Made by a program: the position numbers and the translations under genes. Under the pieces are notes generated by a model, which searched no databases, was not told the origin of the DNA, and worked only from the letters and a program-made list of their open reading frames with translations. Positions 47,001 through 61,002 of a DNA stretch of 64,000 bases are shown here, piece after piece (position 1 is the stretch's first letter; every line of letters starts with the position of its first letter). This DNA is from Antechinus flavipes. Its lineage: Eukaryota. Location of the stretch: the NCBI RefSeq assembly GCF_016432865.1, contig NC_067398.1:930001-994000 (forward strand). The letters are read 5' to 3'.

Positions 47001-50000
47001 ACACTCACTCATTCTCACACTCTCTCACACACACACTCACTCATTCTCACACACACTCTCTCACACACTCACTCTCACACACACTCACTCATTCTCACAC
47101 ACTCACACTCACACACACTCACTCTCACACACACACTTACACACACACTCACTCATTCTCACACTCTCTCACACACACTCACACACAGACACGGATGTGT
47201 CATTTGCACGGGGCTCTGCATCAGGGGGTGGCTAAGGCCGGGCTCAGGGACAGCTCAATGAGAGCGAAAAGGGAGGAGTTCAGAGCCCCCCCTGCGGCCC
47301 AGTGTATATGGAGCTGAGCGCGGGGTCTGAGACGGGAGAAGGTGCGGGTCACGGGACGAGGCCCGGCGGTTGGTCCGTGTTTGCGGCGCCGGCGTCTCGC
47401 CTTTACCACGGAAGGAGACCCGCGCTTAACGCCTTCTCGGTCTGGAGGCGAAGGAAAAGGGTTCTCTGGGGGCGTGTCGGGCCTCCCACTGGCCCCGCCC
47501 CCACGTGTCCCGCAGAGCTCCAGAACAGGCCCCGGGCCCAGGCCCCCGGGGAGGCCTCCCTTTGTTCCCTTTCCTCCGCTCCTCTTCTGGCTCCGCGACA
47601 CTGTAATTATCCCCGCTCGGTAGGAGGGAGCAGCGGCGCTCCCAGCCCTAGGAGACAGCCCTGGTTCCTTCTGTAATTAAAGCTTCTTAGTTTTCAAAAC
47701 ACACGCTTGGATAATTCTGCCCCATCAGCCCTTGCAAAACCTCGTGTTCGTCCGCCCCCCCCCCCCAGATAGCCCGTAGTCCTGTGAGCCCCGGAAGGAG
47801 CGCAGGGAGAGCGGGGATGCGCGGGGTCCGCGCCGAGCCCCCAGCCCCGCCTGCGGCAGGCGGCTCCCTCCCTCACTGCGCGTGGGGCGCCCCCAAGCCC
47901 CTCCTGGCCCAGAGGAGCCGCGCCGGCGGCGTAGGCTTGGTGCTGCCGCGCACGACCCCCTCCCCTGCTCCCTTCGCCCAGCGTCAGTGCCCGTCCGTCT
48001 CCCCAGGCCTCTCCGAGACCCTCCTGCGCTGTTTCTGCAGAACAACAATATTCCACAGCATCCCATCCCATCACTTACCCCCCCACGGGCGCTCGGTTTC
48101 CAGTTTCCTGCCTCTCTGCGAGGGGCCGCCATGAGCCTCTTTGCTCTGATTTCTATGATCTGCCCCACTCCGCGCAGATACACAAAGGCCACGTTGGGCC
48201 CCCAGACGTGCTTTCTCCAGCGCGGAGAAGCAAACTGCCAGTTCTCGCCGTCCCAAGAGAGCGGCTGGCGCAGGCTCGAGCGGTGGAGATCTCTGCGACG
48301 CGGGAGAACGGCCCACAAGCGCCGGGCCCGGAGCATTCAGCCAAGGGACCCCAAGGAGCTCCCCCTTTCCTGGCAGCCCCCTCCGGCCACGCTCTCAGCT
48401 GCTGAGCCGTCAGAGACCCCGGTTCTGGGCCGCCATCTGGGGGCGGCGCCCCAGAAATGTGTGCGAGCTGGGGCCCGGGCTAGCGGATGGCCCAAGCCAG
48501 GCCCTCAGGGAGTGGCGGCAGCCAGGCCCTGGGCATCCCCAGCACGCTCCATGGCCCCTGACCCCCATTTTTGTGACAGCGCCACAAGGAGAGCACCAAG
48601 CCGCCCTTCGGGCCCCGCCCACTGGAGCCGGACACTGAGGAGACTCAGGCTGCCTGGTGGCCATAGGCTGCAGCCGGTGCCTCCGACCTTCCCTTAGAAC
48701 CGGCTGCGGCCAAGAGAACGACGGCCCAAATGAGAGCCCGGAGAGCATTAACTGCTCCAAGGGCCCATTTTCCAAAGGAGAACAATGAGCTTCAGAGACC
48801 CCAGGCCACTTGGCCAACTGAGTTCCCTGGCTTCCAGGGGCAGCTCTCCTGCTCTGAAAAGAAATGGATAAAAGAAATTGCCTCCTTGCAGCCAGGAACG
48901 GAGTCTCAGAGAACCGGGAGCGGAGCAGGGACTGCCCAGGGGCTCTGGGAGGAGAAAAGACAAAGACCTGAGCCTGCCTCAGTACACAGACGCAAGCAGG
49001 TCGGGCTGCCTGGACCCCGTCTCAGGAGGGGTCGGCTTCTCCACTAGGGACACGCTGGGCCCCCAACAAGCACGCGTGGAGCACCCACCATGGGCCGAGG
49101 ACTGGGCTGAACGCTGTGAATACAAAGAAAGCAGAGATGGTTTCTGCTCACAGTCCTGGAAAGGAAGTGACCACGTTGCGAATCAGACATCAGACCCTTC
49201 AGCTGGGTGAGTTTGCCTCAGTTCCCTCATCTGTCAAATGGGAATAGCACTAGCACAAGTTGCATCAGGATCGAGTGAGAGAATATCTGCAAAGCCCTGA
49301 GCACAGCGCCTGGCACATGGCACGTGCCCGCAACGATGTACACGGGGTAACTTGGAAATAAGCGGCAGAGAAAGGCCTTGGCAATATTCAGGGAGTACAG
49401 TGCCGGCAGTGGGGTTTGAGCTGGAAGTACCCGCCGATGTGGCCGGGCAGGGGCTGTCAGGCTGAATCCCCCAGCTGGCCCCAGCCCAGCACCGGCCCAT
49501 TTCAAGACATTGTCCCCCAGGAGTTCTTCATCTGGAGGAGCTGGCCCTGGGGGACTTCCAAGAGTCTTTCTCCCACTTGGGTCTTTACTTCACTACACAG
49601 AGCTCATCGGGTACTTTCTTCTAAGTTCTGGGAAGAAAGGATTTCTGAAGACATTGTCAGCCTGCTGTGGGAGGCAGGACACATGGAAGGGGAAGGATCC
49701 CTGCAAGGACTGCTGGGACAAAAGCACGGCCTTCTGGCTCAGACCGTCTGGACAGACAGCGGAAGCTCAAGAGGACCTGAGGTGGCCACAGAAAGGCTGG
49801 AGGGAGCGCCCCCTGGGACAGAGGAACCGCTCTAATGGGGCTGGATGGGAGCAGAAGGCGCCTTGGGCTCAAAGATGGCAGAGGCTTCATTGTCCTTGGC
49901 TGGGGGCTGAGAGTGGGATGGGGTGGGAAGTGTTCTCTCTCCTCTTCTCTCTTCTTCCTTCTCTTCTCTCTGTTCTCTCTTCCCTTCTGCTTCTGCTTCT

Positions 50001-53000
50001 TCTGCCTCTTCCATTCTCCAGGACCCTTACGGTGACTCCCTTTGTTGAGTTTCATGCTAAGCTTTATTTAAGCTGTGGTTTTCTCCCAGTTTTGAGATAA
50101 TCCTGTTGGACTACACGGGAGAGCTGCTGGAACACACGGGAGCTGCCTGACTGGCTGCCGAAGGTCCAACCCAGACTGGATCTCCTCTAGTGAGAGGATG
50201 AAACAAGGAGCCTGAGACACTGCTGTTCTCTGACCTCTCTGAGAGGCCGTTGCATTGTCTCACCTCCCTCCTCTTCCCTCATCTTCAACTTAGCTCATTC
50301 CCAGTCTGCAATCCCTGTGTCAGCAAAGGCTGCCTGCAACTCCTTCAGAGGCTGTGATCCACAGCTGGGGAGGCTCTCGGGGAACTGACCCGTCCCTTAA
50401 CACAATGCCACCTTTCTCCATCTAAGTTCTCAAGCGAGATCAATTCTAACCCTTGGGTTGCCAGCCTGCTTGTCAAATCCCAAGTGTTGGCTAAGCTACT
50501 TTTTTTTTTTTTTTAGCATCTTTGGGCATCTCTTAGAACTGATTTGCATCATAGAGTTAACATTTTGCTATCTGGTTGTATCTGACTCTTCATGACCCTG
50601 CAAGGTGGGGGGAGGGGAGGGGGGATTCTTGGCAAAGATCCGGGAGTGGTTGGTTTGCCTCATTTTATAATTAATATACTCTGTGCTTATGTCCATTTTT
50701 ATATCCATATCCCATTTTTCTTCATCAAAACATTGGTTAGGGCAGCTAGGCAACGCAGTGGATAGAGTACCAGCCCTGAAAATAGGAGGATATGAGTTCA
50801 ACTCTAGCCTCAGATACATAAGACTTCCTGGCTCTGTGACCCTGGGCAAGTCACTTAGCCCCAAAGGCCTCAAGGGAAAAAAAACCCTTGTTGAAAAAGA
50901 CTGGAATGGAGTTTGGGGGATGGAGAGCCACTTTCATTTTTATCGTTTCCCGGCTTTGTATTGATGTGGAGGTTTTATAAGCCGGCTTGTTTCTGTAGCC
51001 AGCCACTCCGGGGGTTTCTCATCTGTTAAACTAAAAGGAGCCCGATTCCCCAGGCAGAGGATGTGCTCGGGATTCAGCGCTCCTGCCTGCGGGGCCTTCA
51101 CAGTCTCAAGGCACTGGGGAGGCGGAAAGGAGAAGCTTCCAGCTCACTTCCCAGCCCGAACTCTCCGAGTCCCGATCCTCGATCCCTACTCTCCAGCCTC
51201 GCTCCCATCTCCCCGCCTGTTGACGCCGGAGTCTCAGATGTCGCGTACCTTGACTCCCTCCATAGCCTTCCATCGGGCTCTTTTCAGAGTCCTTCGGTTC
51301 TGCTCGTCCCCACTTGTGGCTGCCATTAATTAATCTCCTGGTGTGTCTCCCACGGTGACCGGTGGCCCACAGCCCGCCCTGCTTTTTTGCCTTCGTCTGT
51401 AGAGTCCGAGCAGCTCTTCTAGGCCCCACATTGGAACCAGTGAGAACCGTCCCACGCTCCTGCTTCTCTCCGCTGTTTCTATCGAAAGGCTCAGTTTCCT
51501 TCCTTCAATGGCGTGTCCCGCCATCAGAGCCCGGGCAAGGGCGGCTCCCGTGGCACCCGTGGGTTGAGATTTGGCACTGGCCTGTCTGGTTCTGAGCCTC
51601 TCCCGTCCTCTCCATCCTGTGCTGATACACTCCCAGAAGCAAGAGGGGCCCCATGGGACTGAGGCTCCTGGGAGTTTTCGGCACTGCCCCCAGTTCCTCA
51701 CTGAGAGGCCGGGCTGCGACCAATGAGCTTTCCCCATCCCCCCCCCCATCTCCGACTGCACTCGAGGCTTCCCTGAGCCCAGCAGAGTAAAGCCCCCCTC
51801 CCCCGCCCCCCAATTGTGTTCTTGTAGCAGAGCTCTAAACAACGCAGCCTCCCCGCCCCCACACTGAGGCAGCAGCCTAGCACGCGGAGGACCCAGATTG
51901 AACCAGATGAAGGCTGGCGGGGACAAAGGCTCATACTCAACTTCACACATACATGGGGGGGGTACATACAGTTTTTGATCTGGGGGGGTAGTGGAAGGAC
52001 CAGACAACACTGGGCGGCCTGGGGGAGGGCCCCCCCTGCACTGGAGCCCTTCAGGCGGAGGCTGGCAGTCACGGGGGAGGGGGAGAGTGGGGGGGGGGAG
52101 AGGAGCAGGAGGTGTCTCTGAACGAGATCCTTCCAATCCCACAACTCTATGCTCCCCCAGGCCGTCTGTACAGGCTGCCCCCCATTCCCCTCCTGATGTT
52201 TTGAAAAGCCTGAGATTTGGACGAGGAGTTCCAGGTCCCGGAGAGCGGGGTCTGAGCGGCCCGAGGCCCGGACACTGGAGGGAGGAAGGCTCCCAGGGAC
52301 GCCCAGGAGGGCTGTCAGGTGATGCCGGTCTGGAGCGCTCCAGAAATGGCTCCTAGTGGCTCCCGAGCTGGTGACTTGACTAGAGACAGCGCGGCCCCTT
52401 CCACGAGCTGATGGGAGGGGGAGGCAGCGCGGCCCCTCCCATGACCCAGGAGGAGGGGGAGACAACGCGGCCCCTTCCACGAGCTGATGTGGGGGGAGAC
52501 AGCGCGGCCCCTCCCATGACCCAGGAGGAGGGGGAGACAGCGCGGCCCCTCCCACGACCCAGGAGGAGGGGGAGACAGCGCGGCCCCTCCCATGACCCAG
52601 GAGGAGGGGGAGACAGCGCGGCCCCTTCCACGAGCTGATGGGGGGGAGACAGCGCGGCCCCTCCCATGACCCAGGAGGAGGGGGAGACAGCGCGGCCCCT
52701 CCCACGACCCAGGAAGAGGGGGAGACAGCGCGGCCCCTTCCACGAGCTGATGGGGGGGAGACAGCGCGGCCCCTCCCATGACCCAGGAGGAGGGGGAGAC
52801 AGCGCGGCCCCTCCCATGACCCAGGAGGAGGGGGAGACAGCGCAGCCCCTTCCACGAGCTGATGGTGGGGGGGGAGACAGCGCGGCCCCTCCCACGACCC
52901 GGGAGGAGGGGGAGACAGCGCGGCCCCTCCCACGACCCAGGAGGAGGGGGAGACAGCGCGGCCCCTCCCACGACCCAGGAGGAGGGGGAGACAGCGCGGC

Positions 53001-56000
53001 CCCTTCCACGAGCTGATGGGGGGGAGACAGCGCGGCCCCTCCCATGACCCGGGAGGCCGCCCTCTGTGTGCTACATTGTAGACACGGGAGGTAACAAAGT
53101 TGCCCCATTGGTCCCGTTCCAATGCTCCTGCACGCACTACTTCCCAGGGGGCGCCGCGAGCGCCAGGTCCGCAATGCGAGCCTGGACGAGTCACTCACCA
53201 GTTTGCCTCAGTGTCCTCATCTGTAAAATGAGAAAGCAGTAAAAACCACCCCCTGCGATCCTTTGGGGGGAGGGAGCTGGCTGAGAACTCGAGCCTGATG
53301 GAGGGGGGCGGGGAGAGGCTCCCGACGGGCATCCAGATGCTGGCGATTTGAGCCGGTCCCGCCGGGCTGGCTCCCAGGGTGAGGTCATGGAAGTGGGCTT
53401 CCCAGGGCGGCCAGCTGCCGTGCCTTTGGCTCCGGGAACGAGGGGCCTGGCTAGGGCCCAACGCGGCAGGGCCGTCCCTTGCCTGGAACAATGAGGAAGA
53501 GCACGCTGGAGCACTCATTCCAGGCTGGGCTAAACCAGGATCGTGGGATCCTGCCCCAACCCTGGGAGGCTGAGGAGGGAGGGGGACATTTGCAGCTTCT
53601 CAGCCCCTTCCCCCCTCTCCAGGGCTCCCCCTCCCCAGCTCTCCCGGGGTACCATGGGAGCCTTAGCCCTCGCCTGTGTCTCCCACTCCTGTGCACGGGA
53701 TTGCACTGACTCCCAGGTCTGGGCTGGGAAGGCTCCCAAGGGAGAAGTGCACCGGCCTGGGCTCCCAGCGCCCGGCAGATCTGCGCAGGAGGACACAGGC
53801 TTTTCATGGGGGGAGGACAGGTGTCCTGGACGAGGTTACAATGAGCAATCAGGTCCAAAGGACTCTCTCCCGTGTGGGGAGCACACCTGGGTCCACAGGG
53901 CAGCCTTGCCCCTGACTACCTGTGCACATGTGGGCCTGAGGGCCTCGTCCTTCAAAGAAAAGGGGCTCCTCCCAAGTAGAGGCGCTGTGGACCTGTCCAG
54001 GGTCCCCGGCCCCTTCTGTCCTAAGAGAAACCGCTCCTCCCCATCAGAGGCAGGATGCAGCCTTCCGGCCTCCTCATTGCCCGGGCTTAGATCTTAGGCC
54101 CCTGGTAGGGGTGCCCACCCCCCCCAGGCTTCCTGCCTCTGTCACGCTTGCAATTGGGGCTGCGACAAGAAAGGAGGGAGGAAGAACTCAGCGGACTCCC
54201 TAAATGGGCGAGTCTAACAAAAGGCTCCTCTCAGAATCCAGCACCGGCCGGCTCCAGTCCCACTGGGCGCCCCCTTCTGGCCCCAAACCAGCTGCCTCTG
54301 CCCGGCTGGCTGGAGGCCAGGTCCAGTCCGAGGCTGCCTGCGGCGGCCGGGCTTGGGGGCAAGGCTCCAGGGAGCTTCCGGAGGGCTCCCAGCCTGGCTC
54401 CAGGGGTGGCAGAGCCCGGGTTGAGGCGGGTGCTCCTCACTCTAGGAGAGCTGCAAGACCAGAGTGGTTAGTTCTGGGCTTGGGATCAAGGTCTGAATCT
54501 GAACCCAGCCTTAGATCCTAATACTGCCAGCCAAGGGAACTGTCATAGTCCCATGCAGACTCAGTTTCCCTATTTGTAAAGTTAACATGCTAATAGTGAG
54601 ATGTCCTAGAAACTGGGGTGGAGCTGCTCCCTGCAAATGGCCCATCCAGACTCAGGAAGCGTCTCTGGTCTGTAGGCAGATGGACTCCTCCACTTGAGAC
54701 CTCCCTCTCTGTGGAACCTGGCCCTCTTCTCTAGGGAGGAGCCCAGCCTCTGAAGAGATGCTCAGAAGCAATTTGAATATCAGATGGGGGGCTGGGGGTT
54801 TTATCTATGTATGTTCAGGTGTGGAAGCTCCCTCCATTGATGTAGCTCAGCTTCAGGAAGAGGTCCTGGGGCACTGACAGTGACTTCCTCAGGGTCCCTT
54901 AGTCAGAGTGTTCAGTTCAAGAATAACTCCCTATCCACTGCAAGTACCATCGCATGGGGAGCGAAGATGTGTGTCTTTGTGCATGTGAGTGTGTGTGTGC
55001 ATGTGTGTGTGGCTGTCACAGACCCTGTGAATCACACACACACACACACACACACTCTCACACTCACATACACACTCACACTTACACCTTCTCAGGAGGG
55101 GAGGGCTGGCCGCCAAAAAAGAATCGCCCCCATGCTCTGGGGATGGCTTTCCTCGACCTATCTTCCTGATTCCTTTCATGGACATTTATCTCATTGAGTT
55201 TTGTTTTTTTACCTTTGGTTTCTGAAGGAAGTGAAGGAAGGCAGGGGATGGGGTTCCGAGCCTGGGCTGTTCCTGTGGCCTCGTGAACTTCCACGGGCTT
55301 TGTGCTGGATAGCAGGACGGGGTCAATCCTCAGCCTCTCTGGACCCTCACCACAGACCTGGGAAAAGCACAGGACAGGTTTAGTCCCCATTCTCCCCCCA
55401 GGACTCCCCCAGGCCTTGCTTTGCATCTGGGTAGTGCTGGACTTATTCCCTTCCCAGCACCCTGAGTGCTCACGGAGAACCCTAGTCCCAGACACGAGGT
55501 CCACAGTTAGGCGGGAGGCTGCCGACTTCTGTGCCCAGGCCCTAACGCAGCGCCATGTTCCTGCCTTTCAGGAGCCTCAGCTGTCAGAGGATCACGCTGC
55601 ACAAGAACCTCTTCTTCTCCTACGTGCTGAACTCCCTGTTCACCATTGTCCACCTCATTGCGGTGGTGCCCAATCCTGACCTGGTCAAGAGAGACCCCGT
55701 AAGCACTGCATGCTCCGGGCTCCCTTTGTGAGATGTTTCTGTGAGCGGTTCTCAGACCTGGGCTCAGGGAGGGGGAGGGCCACAGCAAAGAGGAGCTGCC
55801 AGCTTTTAAATCCTCTGAGACTTCCCCAGCAGGCCATCTGGGGGCCTGAAAAGCCACTGTGGATCCAAGCAATTCTGGGAGCCCACAGTCACTCAAAACC
55901 ACTGTTGAGAGGCCCTCCCCATATTATCCGTCAGTCTGAGGACACAGTTAGTCCAAAGCAAAGACATTTAATGAACTGTCACAGAGGGGAATTATCAAAA

Positions 56001-59000
56001 GAGCATTTCCTCTTAATCCAGAACAGTCTCCCCTATGGGGATACATCATATGTGAGAGGAGGGGAAGGCCCTAGGTAGCACATGTCGAGAGACAGCCATT
56101 CAGAGATCACGTAGAGCTGGAGCATTATGGGGAGGGAAGGTCATGGGTTCTGCATTGGAGAATTGGACAACTTCTGGTGATGTCCCTCGGTCCACTCTAG
56201 GTGTTGTCTGCTAGATGATCATCCCCTGATCTGTAATCCCTCCTCTCATTCGCATTTTTGAACCTTTGGCCTTTTCTTGCCATTAATAACTTCCTCAGAA
56301 AATAATCTCTAGTTGAAAGGATATGAACAATTTAATACCTTTTTTTATATAACTGCATATTATTCACCAGAATGACTAGATTGATTCAAAGTTCCTCGCA
56401 GAAGTGAATTAACCTATTTGTCTTCCCGCAGCTCCTCCAAGGTTGGATTTTTACAATCTCTTCCATCTCTATTGTTTTGATATATGTGAGTCAATACATC
56501 CAAGTTGTTTTAATTATTTAATGTCTCTAGGAAGATACTGGATAATTTTTCATATGGTTGTTGATAGTTTTATTGTTGATATTTGATTTTTCTTCTTTTA
56601 AAAACTCCCTATTTTGGGGTCATTACTATTGAAGAAAGGCTTTTTTCTTAGAGATTTGCATCAATCCCCTACAGAGTTTTTTATTTTAGACCTTTATCAG
56701 AGAAACTCTGTGCAAATATTTTTCCATTCTACAGAGTTTTTTTTTTCCCATTAAGTTTACTTATGGTGATTTAATTTGTGCAAATGCTTATAAATTAGAT
56801 AGATTACTTTTTATAATTTCTTCTACTCTATATCATTAAAAAAAATCTTCCCCATTTACAGGCAATAATAAAATCTGCCATTCTCCTACAATAATTTTGT
56901 TGTGGCAATATTTTATAGATTGTTTATGCCTCTGAAGGTTACTCTGTTGTATGCAGCAAGACAGTGGCGACGCCTGCAGGCCACATATTGACTTGGTTTT
57001 AAATTGTGATATTTCATTGTACTTTATATTTTTAATTAAATAAACATTTTCATCTGATTTTGGGGCACTTGGGAATGCTGTGGGTCGAAGCTACCTTTGG
57101 GGCTCCTCTGATGTAAGAGGCTCTTCTCAGATTCTTTCCTATTCAAGTACTCTCTCCCAGAAGCTAGTCAAATGGGATTCTTCCTAGGAGTTTGCGTCCT
57201 TGGAGTTTTCAAACCCTCGCTTGTTGTGGTGTCCCAGTCTAGACTTTGTCACTAATCCAGTTCAGTAATTTCTTCAGCTGTGATTTGTTCAGTACAAGAA
57301 AATATGGGTAATTACTGATTTGCAATAGAGTTGAGGCCTGCCATGTCAAATTCCATTCCATTTCATTATTTCACTTGATATTCTTGACCTTTTATTCCTC
57401 CACCTCTTGGGGTGGGTTTTTTTTTCCACTCTGGGGGTGATTTATGGTTGTATTTACAACCATCTGGTTCAGTACCAAGGACAGGGGATGCAAATACAAG
57501 CAGAAAGAAAGATGGCCCCTGTCCTCAAGGAGCTAATGAGGAAAGAGAGCACCTAAAAGGGGAGGGAGGAAGGTGGGGAAAGGAGCAGGGAATAAGGGCA
57601 GCCAGCACCCAGCTGGGGCAATGGTAGAGAAAGTCTGGAGAGGAGCCTGGAGGGGAATGATGTCAGTCTCTTCTGTCTGATGTTGGGTGAATATTGTTGA
57701 TTTAAACGGATTTCTCCTTCTATCTTTTCTTTTTTCTGTTGGCAATGTACAGAAAATTGATTGTGTTGTAGTCTTCTTGTATCATAGTCTCAGGAAGGGG
57801 AGGGGTTAGTGATTCTCTAGAATTCTCTGAACGAATTTCACCATAGCATCTGCAAATATGTAGAGAGAGCTTTGCATCTTTGGGGCCTTAATTTCTTTTG
57901 CTCGTCTTATTGGTCTGGATGACTTTGCTATCACTGTGTCCAAAAATAATGGAGAAAAGGGATTTTTTTTGATTCCTCCTGATATTATTGAGAGGCTTCT
58001 GCTGTTTCTCCATTGCAAACGTCAGCATTAGATAAATGCAATCATATTAAAGGTCCTTTGCCCTTTTTTCAGTTAATCAACAACCATTCATTAAGCACTT
58101 TCTATTTCACAGACTGTAATGAATGCTAGGAATACAAAGAGAGCCAAAAATAAATAGCTCTTGCCCCCCAAGGAGTTCCCTAGTGTTTCTAATTCTCAGC
58201 AGATATTAATCTTCAGAATTTAAAAATGAAGAATAAAAACTCCTGGCAGTTCCCCAAATCATATTATTTTATATTTTTCATCATATTTTATTTACATGTC
58301 TTAAATAATAATGAGCACTCAAATAATGAATCATTTTTCAATGATAGTATTATAAAAATTTCAGAGAGTTTCTGAAACAAATATTTAATAATAAATGCAT
58401 AACTGATTATTATGAGTCACTACACTATGACAATGATTTAAAACATATCTGGCAATGAGCTCACTGATTTCCTTTGTTATTTCCAATATTATTCATACTC
58501 TTTACTCATTATTATGGATATCTAAACTTCTTAGTCATATTTATAAAGAATTATAGCCTATAACAAATAATCAAATGGTAGAAAATGCCAACAAAGATTA
58601 CTAAATAGAATAAGTATGTTTGTGGCCTTCTTTGCTGGTGAGTCATCCTTGCAAATAAAATAAATATTAATAAGTATATATACAGAGCATATTTTATACA
58701 TCTCCTATGAATAGTGTTGCAAGACATGACAAGTTTTGGAAGCAAAACAAATTTTTAAATCAGCCATTTTAACATGAGATTCTGTGTAACATTGATCACC
58801 TTGCTGGGAGATGTGAATGCTGCGTTATACAAATGTTCTGTATGTCACCATTTCCTGCTTTTGCTTTTGACTTAGCATCAGTGAATTCCTTCAGACCAGC
58901 AATGTTTATTGTTAACTTTCAATTCTCACAGGAGAGTGATCCAATTTCCTGACTGAATTTTTTTCAATGGTATTTGGGAGTTAGAAAAACATATAAATTT

Positions 59001-60932
59001 CCCAAGAAATATCAGGAAGAAATTCCTTCATGGAAACACTAAAGCTCACATAAGATCATAAGATGGGGGAGATGACTTGCAAACTACGTGCACACAAGAT
59101 ATATATGAATTGGCAGGGCCTCTCACAGGGAAAGTATTTGTGGAGTGTGGAGAGTGAGAAAGGTTTCCTGGAGAAGATGGGATTTGAGCTGAATCTTGAA
59201 GTAATTTAGAGAAGCTCAAAGGCAGAAGCAAAAAGGGAAAGGATTTCAGCCAAGAAAGGCAGACAGGCAGAAGATGGGATATCACATGCAAGGATGTGCA
59301 GAGCAGCAAAGTACAAGAAAACTGGAAAGGGGGAAGGAATTTCTGCTGGTTGCTAGCAGTATGAGGAGCTTTTGAGGAGCATAGTGACATTCTTGATTAC
59401 TTAATTACAAATGTAATGTGGTTATAATGATTTTTTTAAAAGTGTAGCCATGCCCTTTTGCTAATGACTTATTCACTACTTTAGTATCAATATTCATTAG
59501 TAATATTAATCCAAAGTTTTCTTTCAGTGGTCTATCACTGCCAGTTTTGTGTATCGAGTCATAGTTGTCTTAGAGAGTTTGACAAAGCACTTCTTTCTTT
59601 ATTTCTGTGAATAGTTTATATTACATAGAAATTAGTTGTTCTGAAGGTGTTTAATTGCATTCATTTCTAAGTGAATCTGGACCAGGAGATTTATTCCTTT
59701 GGGGATTCTTTTATAACTTCCTTGATTTCTTTTTCTGAGATGGGATTATTTAGATTCTTTTTCCTCTTTTTGTTAATGAAGTTTTGTGCTTTTTTCTTTC
59801 ATTCAACAACCCTTATTAGTTTAAAAACATTTACTATATTTTATACACACACATACATACATACATACATATATATATATATACATATATATATATAATA
59901 TATATTATATATTATATATAGGGACAAAAATGCCCCTACCGCAGGGAAGTATACAGTGCAACTCATGCACAAGTAAGAAATACAAAGTACATACTAAGTA
60001 ATACAAAGCAATTATGTGAGGGCAAAAACATTCATAACAGGACCAAGAAAAGCCTTGTACAGACATGACACCTGAGCTGGAGGTTTAATGAAGTAAAGGT
60101 GAGGCAGGCCTATGCTTCAAGAGGGAAAAAGGACACTGGAACTTCATGAACTAGCAGAGAGTGAGGGAAGGAAAGTTGTTTGAAATGAAACTAGAAGGGA
60201 AGGAGGAATGAGACTGTGGAGGATTTATAGTTTGTCCCTGGGGCAATAGAAGCCACCAAGGAATTCTGAGCAGCATCAGATCTCTGTACTATCAATTCGT
60301 CATCTAAATGATGAATGTATGAAGGGAGTACTAGACAGACTGAAAATGACATAGGCGGCTATCCAGATGGTCAAGGCAAGAGATGATGACATGAACAGTG
60401 GTGAAAGGTATTGGATAGAAGGAGGTGGTGAGGAGTAATATGGTGGAGAAAGGCTCAGCAAGACTTGGTAACTGCAAGGATAAAGGGAGTCAGGGGAAGG
60501 AAGGGTCAAGGCTGAGACCTGGTTTTCAGGAAGGATGGAGGTGTCACAAACAGAAATGGAGAAGTCCAGAGAAGAGCTCTATTAGAGGGAAATGTATCAT
60601 TCTGGCTTTTTCCCCCAAATTACAATGCAATTCATTCAAGTTTTCAGATTATTATAGTTTAATAGAATTGTCATAATCCTATCTAATTTTATCTAGTTCC
60701 CCTCTATTTACTCTGAGGATTGCTTTTTTTTATCATTGAGAAATTTATCATTTAGTTTTCCTCCTTTTATCAAATTAGCTAATGGTTTGTTTATTTTCTA
60801 GATGTTCAAAAATAACAAAGAGATCTTTCTTGTCCATCCAATAGAGTTTTTGTTTTCAATGTTTTATTTTTCCTTTGATTTCTCAGAAGTTCTACCTTTA
60901 TGCATATTCGGTATCATTGATGTGAGAGAGGG

Positions 60933-61002
<70 letters not shown>

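Noticed and set aside
45511-47317. His/Thr-rich ORFs of up to 569 aa resembling histidine-rich metal-binding proteins
   Set aside because: Translation of CA/CT low-complexity DNA running through an N gap.
47694-48697. GC-rich ORFs of 200-270 aa here and throughout 8-35 kb and 51-54 kb
   Set aside because: Pro/Gly/Arg/Ala-rich with no recognisable domains; expected from stop-codon scarcity at high GC.
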